A DNA stretch of 63,009 nucleotides, filler included, from Octopus bimaculoides (taxonomy: Eukaryota), in NCBI RefSeq assembly GCF_001194135.2. It is 6 parts of 5 records of this genome, joined end to end, with 100 filler letters (N's around TTAATTAATTAA, not from the genome) between each part and the next. Parts side by side here need not be neighbours in the genome. Positions count along the whole stretch, not along the records: positions 41,132 to 56,005 come from NC_068986.1; positions 56,106 to 59,696 come from NW_026317799.1; positions 59,797 to 63,009 come from NC_069000.1; 3 more parts are not named here. The stretch is one strand, 5' to 3'. The notes under the pieces are model-generated. The model did no database searches. It worked only from the letters and a program-made list of their open reading frames with translations, and had not been told where the DNA came from. Position numbers and translations under genes: made by a program. Of the stretch, positions 51,100 through 63,009 are shown one piece after another (position 1 is the first letter of the stretch; every line of letters begins with the position of its first letter).

Positions 51100-52060
51100 G
51101 CTGTGTTAGCAGAATCGATAGAGCGACGGAAGAAATGTTTGCAGTATTTCTTCCAGCTCTTTACTTTCTGAGTTCGAATCACACCAAAGTCAACTTTACT
51201 TTCATCATTTCGAGTTTGATATGATTCAGTACCAATCAAGCATTCACGTTGATTAACACCATTTAGCCCCCTCCTCTCAAAAATTACTTGCTTGTACCTG
51301 AATTAGGAACAAGTATTTTACCATCCCGAAGGAAGTCAGCTAGCAGAATCATCAGAGCGTTAAGCAAAAATACCTGGTGGTATTTGCACCTTTTCTTAAT
51401 TTCCGAATTCAAATCCCACCGAAATCAACCCTTCTGGGGTCGATGAAATAAGTAACAGGCCAGTAGTGGGATCGATATACTCGGCTAAACCGCTCTACCA
51501 AAATTTTGACATTGTACCTAAATTTGAAATTAATATCGGTTTCAAATTTAGGGACAACACCAGCAAGTTCGTGGGATGAGCAAAACGGTTACATCGACCC
51601 CAGTGTTCTACTGGTACTTATTTTATCGGCCCCGAAAGGATGAAAGGCAAAGTCAACCTCGGCGGAATTTGAACTCAAAACGTTAGGATGGATGAAATGC
51701 GGTGAAGCATTTGTCCGGCGAAGTAACTATTCCGCCAGCTGGCCGCCTGCAAATCCTAAAGTAATAATTATTTTAAATTTTGGCTCAGTGCCAGCAATTT
51801 TGAGACGAAAGGATATGAAGGATGAAAGGCAATGTCGACCTCGGCGGAATTTGAACTCAGAACGTAAAGATGAACGAAATGCCGCTAAGCATTTTGCCCA
51901 GCCTGCTAACACTTCTTTTCTACTCTAGGCATAGGCATAAGGCCCGAAATTTTGGGGGAGGGGCCAGTCGATTAGATCGACCCCAGTGTGCAACTGATGC
52001 TTAATTTATCGACCCCGAAAAGATGAAAGGCAAAGTCGACCTCGGCCGAATTTGATATCA
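51100..52060. mobile_element. Five Meta-type SINEs: plus 51100-51310 and 51335-51535; minus 51540-51740, 51770-51910 and 51915-52060
   Basis: B-box and Meta blocks repeated; convergent tails at 51512-51557. Confidence 0.85.
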
Positions 52061-54077
52061 GAATATATATTGTAACGCTGTTACACTATCTACTTAATAT
52101 TCAAATAACTATCTGAGTAGGCAAAATTTCGAAATTTAACTCCATAACTTCGTTAGTTCCTGAATTAGCAGAAATGATTTTCAAGTAGTCAGTTAAGCAA
52201 ACAAACGTATAGAAACTGAGACTTGATTGTTTTTGTGGGGTGGATAAGTTAGATAAATGGTGAAGGCTGTAATGGCTATGGTGTACAAATATTCACACGC
52301 ATATACTCACAAAACAATGAATATTGAGGTTATCTTTTTTTAAAGGAGTGGAGGAGGGCCATTGTTGCCACCACCATTCAATTGAAATAAAACAAATACG
52401 ATGAATGGATAACATCTGTAGAATCAATATATAACCGGCATCCATCAGTCCGTATCAAACACAAATCAGTGAACACGAAGCATGTATCATCTGTAATCAA
52501 ATAAATATGGACATAAATCTTACATTATTTGTTATCAAAGCCTCGTTAATGGGGAAACGTGGGAGATAAAGCCAAAATCCACAGATACACCTATTTCCCA
52601 AAAGCACTTCAATTTTCTTGGAATATGAAAGAGATGCGAGTCAACAAGTAGCCTCTACGTGGTCAATTGACATGCTAGAAATAGCAGGCAATCAGAAACC
52701 CTGCATGTCTTAACGCGACGTAAGAGAAATAACGACTAAATCTCTCTCAAATCATCCTGCCATCTTAATAAACGTAAAAACACATTGAGTAAAGGTCAGG
52801 ATATTCGCCACTACTTTAATGTCTTTGAATATAGGTCTTCTCCCCCACGTCTTAATAATAAGAGATAAACTAAAATAACAGCAGTCTGTTAGAAATATCA
52901 GTCAAATAGCCATCATTTCTCATTACCATGCTTAATAAAAAATATGTAAAAAAAACAAAAAAAAGGACACATTCGATAACGTAGATTTAGACACATTATG
53001 TTCGGATTAAATTACATGGTGGTTACAGATGGATTGTCTTGATTCATAGATGTGCTTAACAGGAATTGATACTAAAGAACAACAAAAGAGATAGGCAAAA
53101 GAGGTCAGGCCATTTTGCTTTGTTTGTTTTTTGTTTTCTTCTTTTTTTTACCTTCAAACCGAAGTAAACTCTGTAGTGAGCGATGATTGGACAATGGAGC
53201 AAATCTGAAACAAGAAACAAATTTAAATAATGTGCTTTAAAATATAATCAACGTAAAGTTAGAAGGTTATTACTTATTTGCTTTTCACGCCTCCTTGTTA
53301 AGATCATTTCACTTTAACTATGTATCGATACATCTTTTAATGCATAAACTTAAAGACCTTCATAACATTGTTTTATTATGTTAAACATTCCAACTATACC
53401 TGCGATTTGAGCAAACAAATGCAGAGTAAATAGGGAGTGTTTCCTCCCTTCCCTTTCTCTCCCTTTCTTTCTCCCGTGTTTTCTCCATTTCTTTTTTCAT
53501 TGGTTCTACTATATATACATGTGTGTGTGTGTGTGTATATATATAATCATACATATACATATGTATATACTTATATCGATGTCTATATCTGTGAGTGCGT
53601 GTGTATGTGTACGTACAGACAGATACACACACACACACACATATATATATTTTGGTATCAGTCTGTTGATCATGCATTTACAACAAGGCGCCATTACAGA
53701 ACATTGCAATAATAGAGAACATAAAAAACACGATAAGAAATAAAAGCATTAGTTGATAATATAGTTATGGTATTTGGAATTCAACAGAAGGTAAAATAAG
53801 AAGGTAAAATAACCAAAAATCACGCATGTAAAGAATGAAACTTATGAAACTACTCAGTAATTAACAGTTAAACAATTTCAAGTCCGGCGTTGGAGATATA
53901 AATACTGACATGAACAAATGAATTTGCTTTCATTTTTGTTCTCTTGTATTTCCGTCTCCTACGATATCACACTGAATAACCGCCTTGATTTTTCTGTTTT
54001 CCAACCAGGTCTGATGATTGTAATAAATATCGTGCAGTAAAACATCTAGGAACTAAATATCATGTACTTCTTACATA

Positions 54078-54463
54078 GTGGAGGTGCAATGGCCCAGTGG
54101 TTAGGGCAGCGGACTCGCGGTCGTAGGATCACAGTTTCGATTCCCAGACCGGGCGTTGTGAGTGTTTATTGATCGAAAACACCTAAAGCTCCACAAGGCT
54201 CCGACAGGGGATGTTGGCGAACCCTGCTGCACTCTTTCACCACAACTTTCTCTCACTCTTTCTTCCTGTTTCTATTGTACCTGTAATTCAAAGGACCAGC
54301 CTTGTCACACTCTGTGTCACGCTGAATCTCCCCCGAGAACTACATTAAGGGGTACACGTATCTGAGTAGTGCTCAGCCACTTGCACGTTAATTTCACGAG
54401 CAGGCTGTTCCGTTGATCGGACCAGCTGGAACCCTCGTCGTCGCAACCGACGGAGTGCCAACA
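54078..54463 (+). mobile_element. Full-length family E tRNA-SINE with 12-bp TSD ACTTCTTACATA
   Basis: TSD at 54066-54077 and 54464-54475; A-box tggcccagtggttagg, B-box gtttcgattccc, tail cgcaaccgacggagtgccaaca. Confidence 0.95.
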
Positions 54464-54524
54464 ACTTCTTACATAAAGAAACCATAATAGCCTGAATGTG
54501 TATAGTTGTATTATAGTTATTAAT

Positions 54525-54700
54525 TGTCTTCGCCGTTTCATGTCGTTTTCCATGTTTGCATGGGCTGGACGGCATTTGGTGCGGCAAATATTTATACAGC
54601 TGAATGCCATTCCTGTCGTCAACGTTCACCTGTTTACAAAGCAAAACCAGACACGTTTTCATGGAAGATTCGAAACAAAGGAGACTGCTTGCGTGTAACG
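54525..54700 (-). mobile_element. Degenerate repeat fragment with a Nin/Deu-domain-like motif
   Basis: Minus strand cgttgacgacaggaatggcattcagctgta resembles the remembered GGTTGGCG.CAGGAAGGGCATCC.GC.GTA block of Nin/Deu-type SINEs. Confidence 0.4.
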
Positions 54701-55361
54701 ACGCTTTGGTTGTTGAGTTGAAGGTTCTTTGGGAAAGTAATATGGAATGAGAGCAGCGAAAGAAGGGCCTAAAATATGAAAGACTTAAGGAATTGGACGA
54801 GACAAAGGGATTGGAGGGCATGGTACTCCTAGTAAAAGTGGGATGTCGTAGGCTTATAGATGAATTATGTAATGTCTTATCTAGCTAACGTTGGACTTAG
54901 GCAAGCCAACAGAATAGTAATTGGATATGGCAGACAGATGTGCGAGAAAGGCTAAAGCCGAGAAAAAAGGAAAACCCCAGTGGATTTGTATGTATGTATG
55001 TATGTATGTATGTATGTATGTATGTATGTATGTATGTATGTAGGTAGGTAGGTAGGTAGGTAGGTAGGTAGGTAGGTAGGTAGGTATGCATGGTTGCATG
55101 CATGTATTTATTACGTGCAACTAGCACTGTGAGACAATCCTTGCATTAATTGTCGCCTAGAGGTCATAATAATTTCGACATCTTCCGACAATTTTGCTTT
55201 GTCTACGTTCTTTTGGCCCAAGCTGCAGCATTCTTTTTCTTTCCATGCAGCCACTAAAACAATCTTCAACCATTCTAAACGGAGCAGCAACTAAATGTAT
55301 GCTAGTATGCGTGTTTGCTTGTTCGCATTCGTTTTTGTGTTTGTGTTTGCGTTTGTGTGTA

Positions 55362-55439
<78 letters not shown>

Positions 55440-55961
55440 AAGAATATGGTAGAAAGAGATAGATACTTACCGGAAAATGGAGTCTCAATATTTGGCATCA
55501 CCTGGCGATAGAGGAAAATGAGTTGTAGTTGTTGCTGGTGGTGATGAGGGATATCGTTGTTTAGCCCCAGGTCATCCCTGTTGCAGCAACCTATGACAAA
55601 AGGCAATCCAACTGTGACTAATCCAGCTGTGACTAATCTGTATTTTAGTCAGATATGCAGCATCTAGGACCATAGATACAAAGATGTAAACTGAGAAATA
55701 TTTGGCTGTTATTTCTGGCATGGGTAGTGACCATGCAAAAGTTCTTTCGTCAGCTCGTAGAAAGACACTTCCATTAGTAGTTTTCATTATTATTGTCAGG
55801 CATAATTCCCTAAGCCCATTTCTTACTACAAGGACTGTAGTAATGTTAATATTTAGAGAAGCAACAGAGTGACACAAGGTTCGAGAGTTTCGTGTGTTAG
55901 AACTTATCAAACGGACGAAACTCTGGGACCTTGAACAACTCTGTTGCTTCCGGTAAATTTT

Positions 55962-55996
<35 letters not shown>

Positions 55997-56515
55997 TATA
56001 TAAATNNNNNNNNNNNNNNNNNNNNNNNNNNNNNNNNNNNNNNNNNNNNTTAATTAATTAANNNNNNNNNNNNNNNNNNNNNNNNNNNNNNNNNNNNNNN
56101 NNNNNTTTTCTTTCTCTATCTCGTCCCCGTTTCATCTGCCACGTTCTAGATTTCTTTCCCAACCGTTAACATAATTTTTTCTTCTCCTTCCTTCTAACTT
56201 TGATAACCTTGATAACATCTGGCGAGTAGCCAAGCTCAGTCTTACAACCGAGTTAAGTCTATCACCAACACTCTAAATGACACCACATGCAAATAACAAT
56301 TATTTACGTTTCCAAAGGTTTTGCTCTTATTAGATTTACGGGCGAGTAAGCATAACACAACGGAATATGTATTTCTTATGAACTTCTCTCTCTGTACCAG
56401 ATCGACTGTTAGATATATTCGTTTCATTCCTCCTCTTGAATTCTCTCATTAATGTCAGTCACGTAGTGGACGTAAGGAACTTGGAAAACTTTTCAAGCGA
56501 AATACATAAAAATTC

Positions 56516-56574
<59 letters not shown>

Positions 56575-56711
56575 TCACGTACACACATGCATTTATTCAC
56601 ACAAGCATAAACACACGTGTATGTGCGTATGTATGCGTGAATGTGTGTTTGTGTACTCATTCATATACATATATATTTATATATATATATGTATATATAC
56701 ATACTTACATA

Positions 56712-56765
<54 letters not shown>

Positions 56766-56797
56766 TATGTATAACCATATATTATTATATTAATGCT

Positions 56798-56844
<47 letters not shown>

Positions 56845-58454
56845 TAATATGAAATTGCAGTTCATAGTTCACTCTGTTGCTACTTGGAGTTTCTCGTCAC
56901 GTGCGGTCCTTTAAGCGACGTCAATATAAATTAATAGTGTTAATGAGAAATCAGTTGAGTTGACTCACCTAGCGGGAAAAATACGACAGAAATTTGCGTG
57001 ATACCCTGGCGAGTTCCATTATTACTGTTAGCTGAGCGTAATACTTTATAAAGAAAAAACAGAGGATACTACTCTTATTGGTTTCGAAATTTCCATTTCA
57101 GAAATATTGAAGTGTTTTAAAATTCTGTATATTCTTTACAAAATTATCCAAACGAAATAATCATTGGTGGCGTCATATAGACAAGATCTAGAATCTTCCG
57201 ATCTTGTCTATTTTTAAGTATTTGGGACAGCTCAGGTAAACACAATTTGCATTCATAATGCCATTAGTATATTAGTATATCTATGATGCTTTATATTAAG
57301 TGTATATCTTTGATTCTGCTATCTCTTAATTTGAAGCGAATCGTGACTGAGATAAGAAGTTCTTTCTGTTCCTTGACCTAAATGAATATATGTCTTAGTT
57401 GTATCTGTTCTTAAAAGTATTCATGGCATGTCTTGTATAATTCTACTTGATAAGATCTGCAGGAGTTATGCTTGCTCGCTCCATATAACTCTTTGGCAGA
57501 TCTGCACTCGTGGAGAAAGCGTAGACCAAGGGAGGGTGCTTGGCACCTAAAGTATAATGGGATGCTCACAGCCTTCTGCTAGTTGGCCAATAAGATCAGT
57601 CGAAGTTCAACAATGACGTTCTATAGAATGTTGGTGGCAGATAAGTGCGGTGACCTTCTCGAAGAGGACCTAGCGTCGAAGAAAATCCTCTAGGTAAACT
57701 GTTCCGCTCAACTTTTGAATAATTTTCAGAAATCCCTGGTGTGACACGGTTAACGGAGAGCATAACACGTTAGAGATAAACACTACAGGCACGGACGTGA
57801 CGTTTGCCGAGCCTGCTAGAAATGTGCGCAGTTCTGCACGCATTTCTCCTGTACCCGAAAATTGCAAACTTGTGGAATTATGTCGAACACTGCTGTCGCA
57901 TGTACAACGATCGCGGGTATCAGCTGTATTCACTCTCAATGTTGTCCCATCGCCTTCCTTTGGCCGGGGAGAATACGTAGTATCTACCTGTGTGGTGTCT
58001 TTGGCGAATGAGGTTAAATGTGGTGGACAAGACTGAAAGGGCTGAAGAGACAGCTTCCTCTCTAGTCAAGCCCTCATCAACTTTGTCATGTTACACTTGA
58101 AAAGAAAATTAGGGTGGAGAGTGAAGTGCTGCTTCACAGGAAATTTGTTGAAAGGTGAATGAGTGTGGCAAGGATGGTCCGAGTGAACGGGTAGGTTTGA
58201 ATATGCGCCAGTAAATTATGAGAGGAACATAGTGTGAAAGCATTTGCCCTAGCGTTCAGAGAGACTCAAGCTTTATGAGATTTCCACGAACAATCCTCGG
58301 AGCACTCCTTCTTTTGAGAAATAATTTCCTATCTGAATTTTTTTGTTTCTTTGCTTCTGTTTCTGAATTTTAAACACTTCGATGAATTTTAAAACACTTT
58401 CGATATTTCTGAAATGGAAGTTCGAAACCAAAGAGAGTAGTATTCCCTCAGTTG

Positions 58455-58780
58455 TTAAAGAGCGTCGGACTTGCAATCATGAGGTAGTGAGTTCGATTCC
58501 CTGACCAGATTATGTGTTGTATTCTTGAGCTAGACGCTTTATTTCACGTTGTTCCTGTTCACTCAGCTGTAGAAATGAGTTGTGATGTCACTAATGCCAA
58601 GTTGTATCAGCCTTTGCCTTTACCTTGGATAACACCGATGGCATGCCGAGGGGAGGTTGGTATGCATGGGCGACTGCTGGTCTTCCATAAACAACTTTGC
58701 CTGAACTTGTACCTTGCAGGGTAACTTTCTAAGTGCAATCTCATGGACATTCATGACCGAATAGGGTCTTTTTACCTTTA
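58455..58780 (+). mobile_element. tRNA-derived CORE-like SINE with another 3' half
   Basis: gagcgtcggacttgcaatcatgaggtagtgagttcgattccc (B-box), gtattcttgagctagacgctttatttcacgttg...cactcagctgtagaaatgagt (shared with family B), then a different tail. Confidence 0.75.
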
Positions 58781-58899
58781 CAGATTTTTATCTAATCTCT
58801 GATTTCATGATCCTGTAACATTCTTGACCATCTTTTGTACACTAAGCGATTAATATAGAAATCATTAGCAGACTTCGTAAAATGTATATCTTATCTCTT

Positions 58900-59480
58900 T
58901 CAATGTACTTATTATCCTTCCTCTCCGACTTCCTTTATAGTTTCACCACTTTCCAGCTTGATTCCATCGCTTTTACTGATTTTCCCCCTTTTGAAAATTA
59001 TTAAACCACGCTTCTCGATCCCGAATTCCATACCAATATCTTTGTTAATCATCTGCACAGTTGCCGTCAGACTCTCAATTTCTTTCTCAGTCTTAGCGAA
59101 TAACTTTAGGTCATCCATAAACCACAGGTTACTTACTTTCACACTGCCTAGAATGTACTCCACACGCATCTTTCTTAAAACGCTCGTTAGTGGCAGTATG
59201 CGGACACCAAATAGGAGAGGTACCAGACTGTCCCCTTGAAAGATTCCTCTTTTGATATTTACCTCTCGCAGCTTATCTCTCCATGCTGTGAGTTCAGTTC
59301 GTCACATTGTCATTGAGTTTTGTATTAGCTTCAGGATAGTGTGTGAGACCTTAAGCAGTTTAAGGTATTCAATAATCCACGAGTTTAAGGTATTCAATAA
59401 TCCACTGTTGTGTATTAACTTCAGTAAAGGCTATCCATATACCTGCAATTTCCTTCCTTGTTCTCTCGAAATTAGATGAA
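58900..59480 (-). pseudogene. R4/Dong-like reverse transcriptase core remnant
   Basis: WIIEYLKLL...NSMTM*RTELT...VNIKRGIF, 1-nt deletion, GDSLVPLLF...LPLTSVLRK...NLWFMDDLKLFAKTEKEIESL...KDIGMEFGIEK...KRGKI..SDGIKL..GETIKEV; 25-bp tandem duplication at 59357-59405. Confidence 0.92.
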
Positions 59481-60499
59481 CGGGTGTGTATGTTTGTGTG
59501 TATGTATGTATGTATAATGTGCGTGCGCGTATGTGTGTGTATGTGTGTCCATGTATGTGTTCATGTGTGCATATGTATCTGTCTCTCTGTATGTATATAT
59601 GTACGTACGTATGTATAGACAGATAGATAGATATCTTTTTATTATAGCCACACAGGGCTAAATACAGAAAATGGACAAATTACAATGTATAGCTTTNNNN
59701 NNNNNNNNNNNNNNNNNNNNNNNNNNNNNNNNNNNNNNNNTTAATTAATTAANNNNNNNNNNNNNNNNNNNNNNNNNNNNNNNNNNNNNNNNNNNNATAT
59801 ATATATATATATATAGTTCAAATTTATAGAAAAGCTAAGACGAAAAGAGGTGTAGGAACAACAAGCAGGTGCATTAGTTTGTCGCTCGGGAAAAATGGAA
59901 GTCGTTTACGTTTCGAGCCTACGCTCTTCGACAGAAAGAAATAAGAAGAAACAAATAGAGAATGAAAAAAAAAAGCGTTGAATCCAGTGATCCAGCATGG
60001 CGTATATATAAAAATACATTTCTCCACATGCTTCTATACCTATAAATATATATATCGAATAGCTTATATCCAAAAAAACAGTACTTCCGAATTTATATAG
60101 ACGAATAAGAACTCGCTTTCTTCCCCAATACCGTAACCAGTAAGCCACGAGCATTAACAGAACAACAACAACAAGGTCCAGGAAACCGCACAATATTCAA
60201 CTTGGTGAGACAGGCATACAGCCATGGAGCTAAGTGTAAAACTGTAGCAATAGAAATAAATCTTATTAAAACTATGAAATATTATTAGTTAAAACAAAAG
60301 TCGGTATTTATCGTTTGATGCTGTTGTCTCTATTGAACAATGGTAAACAAGTAAACAATGAATATAATTGAATTGGACTGTTTGTTTAATATATTTTGAT
60401 ATAAAACATGTACTCAGATATTTATGTATTTACAATTATCTGTTTGTCTGATTGTCTGTTAGTGTCTTTTTTTTATTCAGCAATGTAGCTATATTGTCT

Positions 60500-60660
60500 G
60501 TTATCTGTTATCTTTTATTGTTACAGTCATGAGACTGCGGCCATGCTGCAGCATCACCTTGAGAAATTTTTTTGTCTAATGAATCGACCCCAGTGTGTCT
60601 TTTTCATTTTTTTCAAGCCTGGTATGTATCCTATCGGCCCATTTTGGCGAACCGACGCTT
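60500..60660 (-). mobile_element. Degenerate 3' part of family C SINE
   Basis: gactgcggccatgctgcagcatcacc...aatcgaccccag...aagcctggta..tatcctatcggcc is the reverse complement of the family C tail. Confidence 0.7.
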
Positions 60661-61789
60661 AATTTGAGTTTGGAAGATAAAGATACAGTCTCGATCTTCT
60701 GTAGCAGCATGCTCTGTAATTTTCTTTTCCAGTTTTCTAAGGTTATTGCGAAAACCTGTCTTTCTAAGGCTATGGTGAAAACCTTGTCAAAAAATATTTG
60801 ATACGAAAACTGTTGTTTGTCTATCAGTGACAAAAAAAAAAAAAGATAATGGGATGATTTTAAGAAGTCAAAATATTATGTGCAAACAAAATTTAGAAGT
60901 TTGAACAAAGACTGCATTTAGAAATTATTTCCAATAGTATAATTTTTGTAATGATAAAGGTAAATGCAATAACAGACGCGTTACCTGGGGGAAAATGGAC
61001 TAGAATGAAAAATGCGGGCGCAGAATACTTGAATATTCTTAAGTATTGAACAAAGAAAAGTACAGAACAAGTAGTTATTATGCTTTGTAATGTACAGGAC
61101 AAGCAGAAAAAAAATTAAAATATTGTTNNNNNNNNNNNNNNNNNNNNNNNNNNNNNNNNNNNNNNNNNNNNNNNNNNNNNNNNNNNNNNNNNNNNNNNNN
61201 NNNNNNNNNNNNNNNNNNNNNNNNNNNNNNNNNNNNNNNNNNNNNNNNNNNNNNNNNNNNNNNNNNNNNNNNNNNNNNNNNNNNNNNNNNNNNNNNNNNN
61301 NNNNNNNNNNNNNNNNNNNNNNNNNNNNNNNNNNNNNNNNNNNNNNNNNNNNNNNNNNNNNNNNNNNNNNNNNNNNNNNNNNNNNNNNNNNNNNNNNNNN
61401 NNNNNNNNNNNNNNNNNNNNNNNNNNNNNNNNNNNNNNNNNNNNNNNNNNNNNNNNNNNNNNNNNNNNNNNNNNNNNNNNNNNNNNNNNNNNNNNNNNNN
61501 NNNNNNNNNNNNNNNNNNNNNNNNNNNNNNNNNNNNNNNNNNNNNNNNNNNNNNNNNNNNNNNNNNNNNNNNNNNNNNNNNNNNNNNNNNNNNNNNNNNA
61601 CAGCAATATTTTAAGATTTCTTTCTCATTCTTGTCCTGTACTTTACCGGGCGTAATTACTCCTTAATTCTATAGTTTTCCAGGTTCAACACTTAAGAGTA
61701 TACTAGGATTCTGCGCCGCCATTTTCTATTCTAGTATATATATATATATATATATGCTTTTATTATTTTATTGTTTTATCCCTTTATAT

Positions 61790-62230
61790 TTTGCAGACCA
61801 AAGTCTATGGGTATGCTGGAGTGCTGGGGTAATGCCAACATCTTCACGTTCGTCACCTTCTCAATGGCCAGCCGTTATCACGTGGTTGGCTTTCGTCAAA
61901 TGAGAGGGATCGATATTGCTGCCCTCGTTCGTATTTCTTGCCTTGATATAGGCTGATCATCAATACTGGACAACTGAAAGTAAAGGTTCTTCTTAAAAAC
62001 ATCTACCACAATTCTATGTAGATTTCTCAAGTTCTTTGACAAGATATCAAATAGCCGTGGGCCTTTGAACTCCAAGCTCTCGCCGTACCTGGTCCTTACG
62101 CTACACGGGATAGGTGGGACATTTGAAACAGTGGAGTCACATTCTGTTTGACTGCTGGTACAACTCCCAAAGCAATGTCTGGAGGCAGCTCTAAAGGAAT
62201 TTCCATAAGTTTATCCCTGCATATATCCCC
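61790..62230 (-). pseudogene. 3' end of a CR1/Jockey-group LINE related to 32665-33540
   Basis: YPCSVRTRYGESLEFKGPRLFDILSKNLRNLHRIVVDVFKKNL aligns with LPSRYRTRYCNILDFRGPQLFNILPKDLRDLLGVNVGVFKTKL. Confidence 0.82.
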
Positions 62231-62346
62231 CTTATTAGTCAATTAGTTTCGGTGATATTGTTTGTTATGTATATACATTAAATTCCGCCTTACCATTCCT
62301 GTTATTCCACATTTTTGGGTAAGATATTACAATAATTTCTCCGATT

Positions 62347-62347
62347 T

Positions 62348-62411
<64 letters not shown>

Positions 62412-62589
62412 GTCTTATTTTCATTATTATTAATGTTATTATTCTTGTGATTGCTATTATTACCATTATAAATATGAATATTATTATTATTATTATTATT
62501 GTTATTATTATTATTATAACCTTCATCAACAATAAATTCAATATATGATATATGGTTTGCGTCTACAGAAACAGATAATACACACAGAT

Positions 62590-62620
<31 letters not shown>

Positions 62621-62931
62621 TGCACACACATATAAATATTCAAAATATAAAAACTTTGCTATGCAATATTAAATGTAAAACTGTAATCTAATAAACACCA
62701 AATATATGTGTGCGTGCGCCTGTCTATATATATATATATAATTATATATATATAGACATATATATACACATATCTATCTATATATAGATACATATATATA
62801 TAGATACATATATATATAGATAGATAGATATAGATGTATTCACACACACACAAACATGTATATATATATACATATAAATACATACACATATACATCTCTC
62901 TCCTTCTCTCTTTTGCTCTTTTCTCTCTCTC

Positions 62932-63002
<71 letters not shown>

Positions 63003-63009
63003 TATATAT
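62347..63009. repeat. (ACT)n, (ATT)n, (CA)n, (TA)n and (TAA)n microsatellites
   Basis: Direct reading. Confidence 0.95.

Noticed and set aside
53985-54077. Splice acceptor ttttctgttttccaaccag and possible exon
   Set aside because: All frames stop within about 25 codons, even after removing the SINE; no donor or partner exon identified.
55884-55924. ggacgaaac hammerhead half
   Set aside because: It is one arm of a 10-bp hairpin (agagtttcgt/acgaaactct); no CUGANGA upstream.
61790-61830. Shared 3' tail between the CR1-like LINE and family C SINE
   Set aside because: Only ctccagcat plus a similar small hairpin are shared in this degraded copy; insufficient without consensus sequences.

Overview
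AT-rich, gap-ridden animal genomic DNA dominated by microsatellites and repeats. I found no supportable host protein-coding exon, rRNA, intact tRNA gene or CRISPR array, so it is intergenic or deep-intronic. The SINE repertoire and microsatellite load suggest an Octopus draft assembly (inference). Content: (i) more than 30 tRNA-derived SINE copies from several families (Meta-domain type, CORE-like types, one family with an internal microsatellite); (ii) decayed LINE fragments: four R4/Dong-like RT or restriction-like-endonuclease pieces, two CR1/Jockey-group pieces and one RTE piece; (iii) a near full-length decayed mariner and several MITE/foldback elements; (iv) a 5'-truncated Penelope-like element at 26879-27540. 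The Penelope element is the most interesting locus. Its GIY-YIG endonuclease remnant is followed by a tRNA-Ile(AAT)-like Pol III cassette and a minimal type I hammerhead ribozyme, and an inverted copy of its 3' end begins exactly at the predicted ribozyme cleavage site. Second highlight: one Meta-type SINE subfamily is joined four times to the A-box/D-arm of other tRNA-derived SINE heads. Nearly all ORFs in the supplied track are microsatellite or N-gap artefacts. Translations and alignments were done by eye, and family assignments rest on remembered motifs, not database searches.
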